From contig JAYZAY010000026.1 in the NCBI GenBank assembly GCA_036339465.1, forward strand, positions 1 to 64,000: a DNA stretch of 64,000 bases. The letters run 5' to 3'. Shown here piece after piece: positions 1-10,823 of this stretch. The notes beneath the pieces are model-generated. The model made no database searches and was not told the DNA's origin. It saw only the letters and a program-made list of their open reading frames with translations. Within the stretch, counting starts at the first letter, position 1. Each line of letters begins with the position of its first letter. Origin of the DNA: Myxococcota bacterium (GTDB lineage Bacteria > Myxococcota > XYA12-FULL-58-9 > JABJBS01). A program made the translations under genes and the position numbers.

Positions 1-97
1 AATAGTTTGAAATAAGAAAAAAATACGACTCTCTCTTCTATGCGCTAAGAGACATGCATTCGTTTGTTCTCACGCCATAAAAAATCCCATTCTACTG

Positions 98-376
98 CCG
101 AAATTCGGTGATTTGGCCTGAATTTGGCCTGAAACTCACGACAACGGGCGGAAAAGTCGAAGCAAGAGAGCTGGGCTTACTAACCATCCTGCTTATTTTT
201 TTCTTTTTTTCTTACTAACCATCCTGCTTATTTTTTTCTTTTTCTTCTCTTTCTTTTTTCTTTTCCGAAATTCGGTGATTTGGCCTGAATTTGTCCTAAA
301 ACTCAATATAATGCCCGGAAAAGTCGAAGCAAAAGCGCTGGGCTTACTAACAATCCTGCTTATTTTTCTTTTTTTT
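98..376. repeat. Imperfect ~110-bp intergenic direct repeat (98-210 and 265-376) with an extra partial copy (211-243)
   Basis: Both copies read ccgaaattcggtgatttggcctgaattt...ggaaaagtcgaagcaa..gctgggcttactaac.atcctgcttattttt. The sub-block cttactaaccatcctgcttattttttt occurs three times. Confidence 0.9.
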
Positions 377-495
377 CAAGAGAGAGAAAATCTTGACACT
401 TCATCATTTGATGAAGTAAGCCTTCCGATCAAACTTCTGGCGGATTCCGCAACCCGCGATATCTATAGGAAGCCACTCAACTCAAGGAAAATAAC

Positions 496-915
496 ATGCG
501 TCACTTTATCCTTTTAGGAATCTTCACCTTTGCATCTCATACCATGGGATGTGCCTCCACCACAGCCACCGAGCAAGCGCCTACAGCCGCACCCGCCGAA
601 AGCCAAAGTTGCTGCGACAAAGCAAAGGCTGAAGGTAATGCATGCGAAAACTGCCAAAAACCCACCGCCGTAGAAACAACGCCACCCACCACAACCGACG
701 AAGCCCTCACTCAACAAGCCCACCGCTGCTGTGCCAAAGCCAAAGCTGCCGGCAAGGCATGCGCGAAGTGCACAAAGCCTATGGCCAATTGCTGCGCCAA
801 AGCAAAGACCGACGGCAAAGCATGCGCAAAGTGCGCAAAACCTATGGCCAATTGCTGCGCCAAAGCCAGAGCTGACGGTAAAGATTGCAAGAAGTGCAAC
901 AAGCCAACGGCCTAA
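496..915 (+). CDS. Cys-rich, metallothionein-like repeat lipoprotein
   Basis: SD-like aagga upstream; hydrophobic N-terminus ending in a lipobox-like TMG-C; four CC-x9-CxxC modules (16 Cys); 63-bp tandem period (atggcc at 781 and 844). Confidence 0.75.
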   Translation: MRHFILLGIFTFASHTMGCASTTATEQAPTAAPAESQSCCDKAKAEGNACENCQKPTAVETTPPTTTDEALTQQAHRCCAKAKAAGKACAKCTKPMANCCAKAKTDGKACAKCAKPMANCCAKARADGKDCKKCNKPTA

Positions 916-1174
916 TGTGATTGGGTGTGCCTCCTAAGATTCCGCCTCCCCCCCGGTTTATCCCTTCCAATCCGCGCTGAGTCCTCAAAAAAAGCATTCG
1001 AGATACGCTCTCCCATAGATGCGCCGCCCCGCTCGCCTTCTGTGAACATACCCAAACCCGAACAAATACAATTCACCGAGCCAAAAACCATTTCAGAAAT
1101 TCTCGAGATACAGGCAAACAAGAGACTGGCCCAAGCACTGGCGAAATCACGTCAAATCCATTAAGGCGACTTTC

Positions 1175-4090
1175 ATGCAGGAATTCCTAGAGGTAATTCG
1201 CGAAGAATGTGGCGCCCCCCAGTGGTCGAAGGGAGTCACCCTGGCCCGAGACAAAGCCGTGATGCTCCAAAACAAGAGCCCTGCGGAAGTGGAGTGTCTG
1301 GTCATCACCCAAAATGGCCTCAACACCTTTGAAGTGGTGCTTTACCTCGAAGACGAAGACTGGAGTTGCTCCTGCAACGGTGACTGCTGCGCCCATGTGG
1401 CCGCCGCCACCATCGCCCTCAAACAAAACAAATTCAGAGCCCAAGACGACGAATCGAAATCCGAAGGTAAAAGCGCTGCTCCTCACCCCCAGCCCATTCA
1501 ATACCATCTTGAAGACGGAAAATTCGGGCTCAATATTCGACGTAAATTTAAAGTCGGCAATGAGCTCTGCAATATCGAAGGCAGCATCGGCCTCTTGGTG
1601 AAAGGGGAAACCCACACCCGCCCGGTGCTCATCCGCCACATGGACCACGCATTCGAGCGATACATCGGCATGCGCACCGTGGTCACCGCCTCCCGCAGTC
1701 AACTCCAACGCTTTTTCAAATACCTCAAAGACTGCGACCAAATTTATTATGATGGGAAAAAAGTCGCGTTGGTGGGCACCACCACAGGCGTCATCCTAGA
1801 CATCTCAGACCACCCCCAAGGCTATTGGGTGGAACTCAAGCAAGATAAAAGCTTTCACAAACTCATCGGCAAAGCGGTGCTTCTTAAAAAAGACAAAGCC
1901 TATCTCCTAGAGAGTGAATTACTGATGTCGCCAAACGTTCAAGCCTACCGTCACGGTTGTGTGGTGCATCCAACCCGAACCGCCAAATTGGTGGCCGAAG
2001 TCATCCCGCAACTCCAGGGAAACACAGAGATATGCAATCACTCCAAATTTAAACTCCCGAGCCTGGTCACCACCTCTGCGGAGGTCTCGTTTCACATTGA
2101 GAAAGGAACCTACTCCTACGACATCGTGCCTCAAATCGTTTATGGCAATCCCCCACTGGCCCGGGTGGAAAATGGTCAACTCATCACCCTGGGCAATCAA
2201 GTCCCCCGCAGAAATATCCCAAAAGAGGAGGAGCTGAAAAAGACACTCCAACAAGAATTGGGACTCCAGCCCAGCCAACAAAATAGACTCCCCATCGATG
2301 AAGCCCTAGACATCATGTCCGACATGAAACGCATTGGGCAGGTTCCCGTAAAGGCCCAGGAACAACTCACCTACAAGGGCAAGCTAGAACCTCAAATACA
2401 ATTCACCCACGAAGAGTTCCTGACCAACTTTGAGGCCATCGACAGCCAATCGGGAAAAACCACCCATCTCGGTGCCGACAAAGTCATCGGCGCCTGGGAA
2501 AATGGGCACAAATTTATTGAAAGCGAAGGCGGAGGCTACCTGGAAGTTCCCACCGAATGGCTTCAAGTAAACGGTAAAATCCTCGCCAATATGCTCCATG
2601 CCAAATCCGAGTCTGGTAAACTGGCCCCCTTTCATATTCCGGAATTGGCCCGGATCCTGGAAAATTCCGGGCAACCCCTGCCTCCTGCTCTCCACGAAGC
2701 GAGAAACCGCATTGAAAACTTTAAACTCAAACCACTGAAATTGCCCCCAGACTTCAAAGCCTGTCTCCGTCACTATCAAGAGGAAGGAGCTCAATGGGCA
2801 GCGAATCTTCGTAATCTCCAATTGGGCGGGATCCTAGCCGACGATATGGGCTTGGGTAAAACCATCCAAACCTTGGCCATCATCGAAAAACGAACCCTGA
2901 TCGTCGCGCCCACCAGTGTATTCACCAATTGGCGGGCGGAGCTTGAGCGCTTTCGCCCCGAACTCAAGGTATCGGCCTATTACGGCAGCGCCCGTCAGCT
3001 CGACCAAGAAGCCGACGTTATCCTCACCACCTATGGCCTTCTCCGCCGAGACGTGGAGGTGCTAAGTGAACATCCATGGGACAATCTCATCTTGGACGAG
3101 TCCCAAGCCATCAAGAACGCCAAAAGTCAGGTGGCAAAAGCGGCCTTTAAACTCGCCAGACGGGCGGATTTCAGATTGGCACTGAGTGGTACCCCTATCG
3201 AAAACGATTTGACCGAACTTTGGAGTCAAATGAATTTCGTCAACCCGGGATTATTGGGTGACCTCAATGATTTCTCCACCACCTACGGTATCCAAAACAT
3301 TCAAGAAGGAAAAAGTCCTCATTTACGCAACCGAATCAGCCCTTTCATTCTTCGGCGCCTTAAATCCCAAGTCGCCCTGGAGTTACCCTCACGTACCGAC
3401 GTTATCCTCAGGTGCCAGCTCACCGAAGATGAGCGGGAAGTTTACGACACCGTTCTCAGCACCACCCAAAAAGAGGTGATTGAAAAACTGGGCGCCTCAG
3501 CCCCACCCATGAAAATCCTGGAGGCTTTATTGCGACTCCGGCAGGCATGCTGCCACGCCACCCTCTTACCCGGCGTACATTTTGAGACATCCTCCAAAAC
3601 CCAACTCTTGGCCGAACAACTTCAACGGGTCATTCTCCAAGGGCATAAGGCCCTCGTTTTCTCCCAATGGACCTCCCTCTTAGACCTGGTGGAACCCTTG
3701 CTCAAGGAGCTGAAACTCAAATATTGTCGCTTGGACGGTTCCACCCGAGACCGACAAGGGGTAGTGGATACATTTCAATCCGCCACGGGCACCAATATCA
3801 TGCTTATCTCCCTGAAGGCAGGAGGAACCGGACTCAACCTCACCGAAGCAGATCACGTGTATATCCTAGACCCATGGTGGAATCCTGCGGTGGAAGAACA
3901 AGCCGCCAACCGAGCCCACCGAATCGGCCAAACCAAACCAGTTTTTATCCATCGCATCATCGCGGAAAACTCAGTGGAAGAAAAAATCATGGCCCTACAG
4001 AACAAAAAGCGAGAACTCGCAGAAGCCTCCCTTGAAGGTACCCACCAACTACGACTGGACCGACAAGAACTCCTCGCTCTCTTCCATTGA
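1175..4090 (+). CDS. SWIM zinc finger + SNF2-family helicase/ATPase
   Basis: N-terminal CSC..CCAH (SWIM-like); LADDMGLGKT, LILDESQ, LSGTPIEN, FSQW, SLKAGGTGLNL and QAANRAHRIGQ motifs. Confidence 0.95.
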   Translation: MQEFLEVIREECGAPQWSKGVTLARDKAVMLQNKSPAEVECLVITQNGLNTFEVVLYLEDEDWSCSCNGDCCAHVAAATIALKQNKFRAQDDESKSEGKSAAPHPQPIQYHLEDGKFGLNIRRKFKVGNELCNIEGSIGLLVKGETHTRPVLIRHMDHAFERYIGMRTVVTASRSQLQRFFKYLKDCDQIYYDGKKVALVGTTTGVILDISDHPQGYWVELKQDKSFHKLIGKAVLLKKDKAYLLESELLMSPNVQAYRHGCVVHPTRTAKLVAEVIPQLQGNTEICNHSKFKLPSLVTTSAEVSFHIEKGTYSYDIVPQIVYGNPPLARVENGQLITLGNQVPRRNIPKEEELKKTLQQELGLQPSQQNRLPIDEALDIMSDMKRIGQVPVKAQEQLTYKGKLEPQIQFTHEEFLTNFEAIDSQSGKTTHLGADKVIGAWENGHKFIESEGGGYLEVPTEWLQVNGKILANMLHAKSESGKLAPFHIPELARILENSGQPLPPALHEARNRIENFKLKPLKLPPDFKACLRHYQEEGAQWAANLRNLQLGGILADDMGLGKTIQTLAIIEKRTLIVAPTSVFTNWRAELERFRPELKVSAYYGSARQLDQEADVILTTYGLLRRDVEVLSEHPWDNLILDESQAIKNAKSQVAKAAFKLARRADFRLALSGTPIENDLTELWSQMNFVNPGLLGDLNDFSTTYGIQNIQEGKSPHLRNRISPFILRRLKSQVALELPSRTDVILRCQLTEDEREVYDTVLSTTQKEVIEKLGASAPPMKILEALLRLRQACCHATLLPGVHFETSSKTQLLAEQLQRVILQGHKALVFSQWTSLLDLVEPLLKELKLKYCRLDGSTRDRQGVVDTFQSATGTNIMLISLKAGGTGLNLTEADHVYILDPWWNPAVEEQAANRAHRIGQTKPVFIHRIIAENSVEEKIMALQNKKRELAEASLEGTHQLRLDRQELLALFH

Positions 4091-5155
4091 ACGAAATGAA
4101 ACCATGGGGTTTTTTTCCCCCCTAAGGGCTGCAGGTTTTTGACCCCAATCCCAATCATCCGACGGAACGGAAAATATTAAAGGCTCTAAGTGTTCAAAAA
4201 ATGTCTCTGGGTCCTGGGTCCGAAGAAGCAATTTGCGATTTTCTGCCAAATGGGTGGAAATCCGAGACATATACCCCCAAAGCTCCTTCAAACGCCCCGT
4301 CAAAACTCCACCTCGAAAGTTTTCGGCCTCGTAGCCTCGGCGTACTTCCCACCAAAAGGCCATGATCTCTTCGGGTGATGGGCAGCAAAAGGGTTTTCCT
4401 TCGCGCAAGGCTTGAAGCTGAGAAAAAATCCAGGGATTACGTAGGGCCGGACGCCCTATCATAATGCCATCACAACCGGTTTCCGCCATGAGATTCAAAG
4501 CATCATCGGCATACCAACAATCCCCATTGCCGATCACCGGAAGCGAAGTTTCTTGCTTCACTCTTTTCACGATGCGCCAATCTGCTGTCCCCCTGTATTG
4601 ATCCCGTCTCAACCTGGGATGGATGACCAAAAAGTCCACCCCTGCCCTCTCAACGGTGCTCACGATTTCCAAAACTTTGTCGGGTTGGTCAAAGCCGGCC
4701 CGGATCTTCGCCGAAAGCAGCCCCTTCACCGACGCACGCATGGAAGAAAGCACCTCAAAGAGGAGGTTCATATCCTTGAGCATGGCCGCGCCCACCCCAC
4801 CCTTCACGGCTCGTTTGGTGGGACATCCCAAATTAATATCGATGACATCCGCCCCCGCTTCCCCCAAAATACCCGAAGCCCTCGCCATCCACGCCGGCTC
4901 CCGCCCCATGAGTTGAACACTTAGGGGCAAACCCGGGGATTTGATCACATGTTCCACCAATTGACGGGGTTTCACCGGCTCATTGGAAACTCGGATAAAT
5001 TCCGTACACATCATGCCGAGCCCTCGCCCAGAGATCTTGGCGATGGCGTGACGAAGAACGGGGGAAGTCACGCCCTCCATGGGAGCCAACATGGTTGCAG
5101 GAGAAAAACTCAACCCTCTTGGAGATTGAGGATCCCCAGCCAAAGACTGAAACAT
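4049..5155 (-). CDS. tRNA-dihydrouridine synthase family protein
   Basis: LAPMEGVT, DINLGCP, GGVGAAML, VIGNGD and GIMIGR motifs. The 3' end overlaps the SNF2 gene convergently by 42 bp. Confidence 0.93.
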   Translation of the reverse strand: MFQSLAGDPQSPRGLSFSPATMLAPMEGVTSPVLRHAIAKISGRGLGMMCTEFIRVSNEPVKPRQLVEHVIKSPGLPLSVQLMGREPAWMARASGILGEAGADVIDINLGCPTKRAVKGGVGAAMLKDMNLLFEVLSSMRASVKGLLSAKIRAGFDQPDKVLEIVSTVERAGVDFLVIHPRLRRDQYRGTADWRIVKRVKQETSLPVIGNGDCWYADDALNLMAETGCDGIMIGRPALRNPWIFSQLQALREGKPFCCPSPEEIMAFWWEVRRGYEAENFRGGVLTGRLKELWGYMSRISTHLAENRKLLLRTQDPETFFEHLEPLIFSVPSDDWDWGQKPAALRGEKNPMVSFRSMEESEEFLSVQS

Positions 5156-5163
5156 GGGGGATC

Positions 5164-5694
5164 TTAAGCTTGAGCTTCTAGGTATTGGGTAATACCTCGA
5201 TTGATGGTCTCGAAGTTGGGCGTAATCAAGGCCACAACAAATTTTTCCAGCTGGGGTTTGATAGTCCCCGCCAAAAGCTTGGGCACTCCGGGCACCGCCT
5301 TGGTGTTGAAGGTGAGGTCACCCTCGATGGTAAGATTACAATGGCCATTGTCCAATTCCTCAAAGGTGTTGGTGCCTGAGCAAATCACCGCATCGCTCAT
5401 GAAAAAGGTCTCCACCTTCCAATCGCAGGTCCAGTTGTTCTCATTCCAACGGGCATAATCTCTCCATTTAAGATTTTCAGGCTTAATAAATGCCTGGGCA
5501 ACTTTCGGAATGGATGTTTTGGCATACCAATGGTTTTCAAAGGTTACCACGCCCTCTTCTGGCTCATCTCGCTTGACCACATCGATATGGTCTACATTGG
5601 GGAGATACTGAACCAAATCTAAAATATGGTCTCGGTAGGTCCCAAACACTTGCTCACGGGAAAAATGGATGGTGGATGGAGCATAAATACGCAT
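5164..5694 (-). CDS. START/SRPBCC-like (DUF2505-like) protein
   Basis: 176 aa; helix-grip-like pattern with a C-terminal PGVPKLLA..IKPQLEKFVV helix; 8 bp from dus. Confidence 0.6.
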   Translation of the reverse strand: MRIYAPSTIHFSREQVFGTYRDHILDLVQYLPNVDHIDVVKRDEPEEGVVTFENHWYAKTSIPKVAQAFIKPENLKWRDYARWNENNWTCDWKVETFFMSDAVICSGTNTFEELDNGHCNLTIEGDLTFNTKAVPGVPKLLAGTIKPQLEKFVVALITPNFETINRGITQYLEAQA

Positions 5695-5934
5695 AGAATC
5701 TTCCTCACTTATATCGAAATCCGAACCCTTAATCCTCGCCTGAGCGATTGCTTAAGCTTGGGCTTACAACAAAAATAGCATTGATAGGCAAGCAGTTAAA
5801 TACCCTCAAATCCGGGAGAAACTTTAACTTAGGGATCTCAACACTTGGGTTTTACTCAAAAATCGGTTGCCCATCCACATGGCCTTGGATAAGGCCAATT
5901 CAACCAACAAAGCTTCTACTAGGAGAACTATCCA

Positions 5935-7938
5935 GTGCCTTACACCGATCTTGATCAACGTTGCATCAATTGTATTCGCGCTCTATCCGTAGATGCTATT
6001 CAGAAAGCCAATTCCGGCCACCCCGGGCTCCCCATGGGCGCCGCCCCCATGGCCTATGTACTCTGGCAAGACTTTCTGAATCACTCTCCTGCGAATCCAA
6101 ACTGGCCCAACCGAGACCGCTTTGTGCTCTCCGCCGGCCATGGAAGTATGCTCCTCTATTCGTTGCTGCATTTATCTGGCTACGATCTCAGTATGGATGA
6201 GATTAAGTCCTTTCGACAGTGGGGAAGCAAAACCCCCGGCCACCCCGAATTCGGCCATACTGTGGGCGTCGAGGCCACCACCGGCCCCCTTGGGCAAGGC
6301 ACCGCCAACGGCGTGGGGATGGCCATGGCTGAGAAATTTCTCGCCGCCACCTTCAACCAACCCGATCACACCCTCGTAGACCATTTCACCTACGTCCTCT
6401 GCGGCGACGGCGATCTCATGGAAGGCCTCAGCGCCGAAGCCGCCTCTCTCGCTGGTCACTTGGGCCTCGGCAAACTCATCTACCTCTACGACTCCAATGA
6501 TATCTCTCTGGATGGTCCCACCGCCATGGCCTTCACGGAAAATGTCGCCCAGCGCTACAAAAGCTACGGCTGGCAAGTCATCCGGGTAGAAAACGGCGAC
6601 ACGGACTTAGAAGCACTTCATCAAGCCATCAGCGATGCCAAAGCAGACACCAATCGTCCTACCCTTATCGAAGTCAAGACCACCATCGGCTTCGGCTCTC
6701 CCAATAAGGCGGGAACATCGGGTATCCATGGTTCACCCTTGGGCGAGGAAGAATTGAGTCTCAGCAAACAAACCCTCGGATGGCACCACGCCGCATTCAC
6801 CGTCCCTGAGGACGTGGCCACCAAGTTTTTACAACAACGCGCGCGAGGAATGGAACTCGAAACGTCTTGGAATGCGACCTTTGAAAGCTATCAAAAACAA
6901 CACCCAAAACTCGCGGAACAATGGCAACAAGCCCACAATCACCAACTCCCCGCCACCTGGGATGCAGACCTCCCCAGGTGGTCCACCGAAGACCAGGCCC
7001 TCGCCACCCGAGCCAGCGCCGGTCAGGTTTTGAATGCCCTGGCCAAAAATGTACCCTGGCTCATCGGCGGCGATGCAGACCTTTCCTGCTCCACCAAAAC
7101 CGGGCTCAAAGAAAACGCCTCCTTCACCAAGGAAAACGGTGCGGGACGCAATATCCATTTCGGCGTTCGGGAGCATGCCATGAGCTCTATCGCCAACGGC
7201 ATGTGCTACCACGGAGGCGTTCGGCCCTTCGTTTCCACATTCTTTTGCTTCTTGGATTACTTAAAACCTGCCATCCGCTTGGCGGCCATCAGCCAGCTCC
7301 CCGCCATCCATGTCTTCACCCACGACTCCATCGCCTTGGGAGAAGACGGACCCACCCACCAACCCACCGAGCACCTTGCCTCTTTACGGGCCATTCCCAA
7401 CGTGCTCACCATTCGCCCCTGCGACAGTAACGAAACCCGGGAAGCCTGGAAAGCAGCCATGGCCAACGAAAAGGGCCCTACCGCCTTGGTGTTGACCCGA
7501 CAGGGTGTCCCAAATCAGGACCGCACCAAATTGGCCCCCGCCGACGGTTTGCACCGGGGCGCCTATGTGCTCAATGACGGTGAAGGCAGGCCCCAAGCCA
7601 TCATCATGGCCAGTGGTTCCGAAGTAAGTCTGGCCATGGAAGCCCAAAGCCAACTGGCGACCGACGGCATTTCAACCCGCGTGGTTTCCATGCCTTCTTG
7701 GGAACTCTTCGAACAACAATCCCATAGCTATAAGGAACAGGTCCTACCAAAGACCATCCGCGCCCGCGTGGCCGTGGAAGCAGGCGCCACCCTGGGCTGG
7801 GAACGCTACACAGGATTCGAAGGTAAGGTGCTGGGCCTCAACCGGTTTGGTGGCTCCGCTCCCGGCCCCGAACTCTACAAGCAATTTGGCTTTACCTCTG
7901 AAAATATTGTTAAGTTGGTGAAAGAAACGCTTGCATAA
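5935..7938 (+). CDS. tkt: Transketolase
   Basis: [38 protein letters not shown] and GEDGPTHQP motifs; aggag SD before the GTG. Confidence 0.98.
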   Translation: MPYTDLDQRCINCIRALSVDAIQKANSGHPGLPMGAAPMAYVLWQDFLNHSPANPNWPNRDRFVLSAGHGSMLLYSLLHLSGYDLSMDEIKSFRQWGSKTPGHPEFGHTVGVEATTGPLGQGTANGVGMAMAEKFLAATFNQPDHTLVDHFTYVLCGDGDLMEGLSAEAASLAGHLGLGKLIYLYDSNDISLDGPTAMAFTENVAQRYKSYGWQVIRVENGDTDLEALHQAISDAKADTNRPTLIEVKTTIGFGSPNKAGTSGIHGSPLGEEELSLSKQTLGWHHAAFTVPEDVATKFLQQRARGMELETSWNATFESYQKQHPKLAEQWQQAHNHQLPATWDADLPRWSTEDQALATRASAGQVLNALAKNVPWLIGGDADLSCSTKTGLKENASFTKENGAGRNIHFGVREHAMSSIANGMCYHGGVRPFVSTFFCFLDYLKPAIRLAAISQLPAIHVFTHDSIALGEDGPTHQPTEHLASLRAIPNVLTIRPCDSNETREAWKAAMANEKGPTALVLTRQGVPNQDRTKLAPADGLHRGAYVLNDGEGRPQAIIMASGSEVSLAMEAQSQLATDGISTRVVSMPSWELFEQQSHSYKEQVLPKTIRARVAVEAGATLGWERYTGFEGKVLGLNRFGGSAPGPELYKQFGFTSENIVKLVKETLA

Positions 7939-7950
7939 CAGGAGAATACT

Positions 7951-8754
7951 CTGAACGTTGGCATTGTAGGATTGGGACTTATCGGTGCTTCAATGGCTGC
8001 CGCCATTAAGGCAAAACAGCCTAATACCTCGGTGTTGGGCTTGGATGTTGATGCCTCCACCCTCAAGCACGCCGAAACCTCGGGATTGTTCGAAGTCTTA
8101 AGTTCCGGCGATTACAGCGTACTTTCAGGATGCGATATTCTCGTGGTCTGCGCCCCCTTCCCCGCTCTCGAAACCTGCTTTCAAGCCATTCACGACACCA
8201 TTGCCCAAAACACCATCCTCACAGATGTTTGTGGCATTAAGGGCCCCATCCGAGACATGGCAAAGCGGCTCTGCCCCCACCACGCCTTCGTGGGCGGGCA
8301 CCCCATGGCAGGCGGCGTGGTGGGGGGCTTTAAAAATCACCGACTGGATCTCTTTGAAAAGGCGACGGTGGCCATTTGTGCAGAACCCCACGTGGAAGAA
8401 GCGGCCAAGAAAGTCTCGGCCCTATGGAAGCACTTAGGCGCCGAATTGGTGAGCCTAGCCCCCGAGGAACACGACCACTTGGTGGCGGCCACCTCTCACT
8501 TTCCCTATGTTTCTTCGGTGTTACTGCAGGAGTACGTGCAAAAACATTCCGAATTCGAACAACTCATCGGCCCAGGCTTTCAGCGCCAAACCCGCTATGC
8601 CCTCTTTGACCCCAAGGTCATGGCCAGCATTGCCGGCCACAATCAATTTATTCCTCAGGTCCTCCGTCATTTTGGGGAGTCGTTTCTGGAGTTGGCGCAA
8701 CGCCTGGAAAAAAACCCCAACGCATTCTGGGAAGAAATTAGCCAATCCTCTTGA
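7951..8754 (+). CDS. tyrA: Prephenate/arogenate dehydrogenase, probable CTG start
   Basis: VGIVGLGLIG Rossmann motif, TDVCGIK, GGHPMAG and HDHLVAATSHFP. The ORF-track TTG at 7972 lies inside GxGxxG, so the start must be upstream. AGGAG (7940-7944) lies 6 nt before CTG at 7951. Confidence 0.85.
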   Translation: MNVGIVGLGLIGASMAAAIKAKQPNTSVLGLDVDASTLKHAETSGLFEVLSSGDYSVLSGCDILVVCAPFPALETCFQAIHDTIAQNTILTDVCGIKGPIRDMAKRLCPHHAFVGGHPMAGGVVGGFKNHRLDLFEKATVAICAEPHVEEAAKKVSALWKHLGAELVSLAPEEHDHLVAATSHFPYVSSVLLQEYVQKHSEFEQLIGPGFQRQTRYALFDPKVMASIAGHNQFIPQVLRHFGESFLELAQRLEKNPNAFWEEISQSS

Positions 8755-9201
8755 ATTTTTACACAACTTCCACAACCCGCGCCCATTGAAGCAACTGCTG
8801 TGGCCAGAGGCCGGGCCGGTAATTGCTGGAGAACACCCCTAAAGCTGACTAATTCCCATCATCCCAAAGGCACTGCAATGACCCACAAGCCCCCCATAAC
8901 AAGGCCTAACCCACCTTAAAAACCTCGAAGAAGAGAAAAATCATTCATAGAGCGAGATATTAAGCCTGCCAATGCCCTAATCAGTTACACGCCTCCAAAA
9001 CGCCCACACACACAGCCCCATGCGCAACAGAGAAAAAAGCAAGCGTACTCTTACTGCCCCCTGCAGCTAACGGATTAAGAGCACCGGCGAACACCACCCC
9101 TAAATCAAAAAACTCCGTTTATATCACTGGCTCAACAATTAAGCTTCCTTCGTTGATTCGTTTTCTGTTATTTTATCGGTGCGCCTGCACAGGATTGAGA
9201 A

Positions 9202-10290
9202 TTGAAGAAACTATTTCTCCAAAATCTGGTGTTACTGTCCCTCTTGCTCGCTGGCCTGATAGGCGCCGCCGCATTTTGTGTCACAGCGACTTCCATAACC
9301 ACAGCGACTAAAAGCACTGGCAGCCCTGCCGTTTTCGAGGAATTATTCATTGGTTTCGTTGCCGTCGTTGGAATCCTCGTCGTCTGGCTCGCCATAACGC
9401 TCCGCCGGACGTACCATACCACCATCGTACTCAAAAAACATATGCGTCAACACACGAAATTTCAAGAGCACCTTAGAAAACTCAGCTATCAACTTGCAGA
9501 GGCGGAAGAAAAAGAACGTCGAAAGATTTCAATGGTTCTACATGATGACGTGGGGCAGCTTCTCGCCTCAGCAAAAATGGTCATCTCAAGGCTCCAAGAG
9601 GGTCACTTAGAGGGTTCTATTCAAGGCGATACCTCAAGTGATTTTAGTGATTCCCTCAGGCTTCTCGATGGTGCGATTCGGTCGATTCGAACACTGACCT
9701 TCGATTTAGGGTCTCCTGTACTTTATGAACTTGGATTGGCGGCAGCCCTTGAAACCCTGACTTCAGAAAAATCAAGGCAATACGGATTTCCAATTGTTCT
9801 CACGATTACCGAAAGAGAAATAGCCCTAGACCCAGAAGTAGAAGCCATTCTATATCGAGCTACCTCCGAGTTGGTTCTAAATGCCGCCAAACATGGAAAT
9901 CCCAATACAGTTACGGTATCGCTATCTGCAAATGATACACATGTCTACTTGGTGGTCGCCGACAACGGAAATAGAATGGAGCACAACCAACAAACAGAGA
10001 CTCAAGAAGCCATTCTCAAAATCATGAATGGTGAAATAGATTGGACTGAAGCCACGCAAAAATACAACCTACATGACACGGTCCACCGAGGAGATAGCCT
10101 ATCCACCCCAACAGGATTGGGACTGCTGCAGCTCCGAGAACGATTACGATACCTCAAAGGTGATTGTTTTATTGAATCGTCCGAAGAGACCGGATTTAAC
10201 GTCATCCTAACTATTCCTGTGCGAAACCAGAAGACCATCCCCCACGGACATATTTCCAATCCCGCATTCATGGAGACAAGAAAACCTTAA
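9202..10290 (+). CDS. Orphan membrane sensor histidine kinase (HisKA_3, NarX/UhpB/DegS type)
   Basis: Two N-terminal TM segments; ERRKISMVLHDDVGQ H-box; ELVLNAAKHG N-box; DNG and GLGL boxes. No response regulator is adjacent. Confidence 0.9.
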   Translation: MKKLFLQNLVLLSLLLAGLIGAAAFCVTATSITTATKSTGSPAVFEELFIGFVAVVGILVVWLAITLRRTYHTTIVLKKHMRQHTKFQEHLRKLSYQLAEAEEKERRKISMVLHDDVGQLLASAKMVISRLQEGHLEGSIQGDTSSDFSDSLRLLDGAIRSIRTLTFDLGSPVLYELGLAAALETLTSEKSRQYGFPIVLTITEREIALDPEVEAILYRATSELVLNAAKHGNPNTVTVSLSANDTHVYLVVADNGNRMEHNQQTETQEAILKIMNGEIDWTEATQKYNLHDTVHRGDSLSTPTGLGLLQLRERLRYLKGDCFIESSEETGFNVILTIPVRNQKTIPHGHISNPAFMETRKP

Positions 10291-10388
10291 AGACTTCATC
10301 CAAGCATAGAGCTTTAATGTGCCACAGGGTAAACTACCCGACACGGAAGATGTAACTATCGTCCACCTTCTTTAGAATCCTAAGCTGG

Positions 10389-10404
10389 TAGGGACTTATC
10401 CCTA
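10389..10404. promoter_or_regulatory. Palindrome TAGGGA-ctta-TCCCTA, possible regulator binding site
   Basis: Perfect 6-bp inverted repeat in the intergenic region downstream of the kinase; function inferred only. Confidence 0.25.
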
Positions 10405-10823
10405 AACTTAAGGTCAGCCAGAATCTCAAACGGATTATCTCCACTCAATACCGGCAATTGTGCCAATACAGGATGGTGTGAAGCGCAAGACCTACGGCGT
10501 AGCATCAGGACACAATCAACATAGTTCCATACTAAAAACAGTTTTCAAAGGCACCCTTTTAGGTCTTTTCCGCCAAGACGACTAGCCTTCAAAAAAAATG
10601 CAGAGAAAAAATTCGAGGACAATCCCCCCCCCAGAGAAAACTGGCGAGATACTCACCTGCGTCTACCCTTCTACATCATAACACAACACCAAAAGAAGGT
10701 GATTGCTCAAAACACCATCGGAATAGGACCCATAAGACCTCATTGAATTCAAGCCATAAGCTAGCATAAACTCGGACTTTCAAGTCAACAAACACCAACA
10801 CCTTTCTCATTGAGAGACAAACC

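Noticed and set aside
610..900. CxxC motifs as multiheme cytochrome c sites
   Set aside because: None is followed by His (no CxxCH).
925..1164. 79-aa ORF between the Cys-rich gene and SNF2
   Set aside because: No recognisable motif and no clear SD; it could be real but is unsupported.
10321..10365. cacagggtaaactaccc resembling the start of a c-di-GMP-I riboswitch
   Set aside because: It lacks the GAAA tetraloop stem and GACGCAAA core, and lies about 460 bp from the next start.
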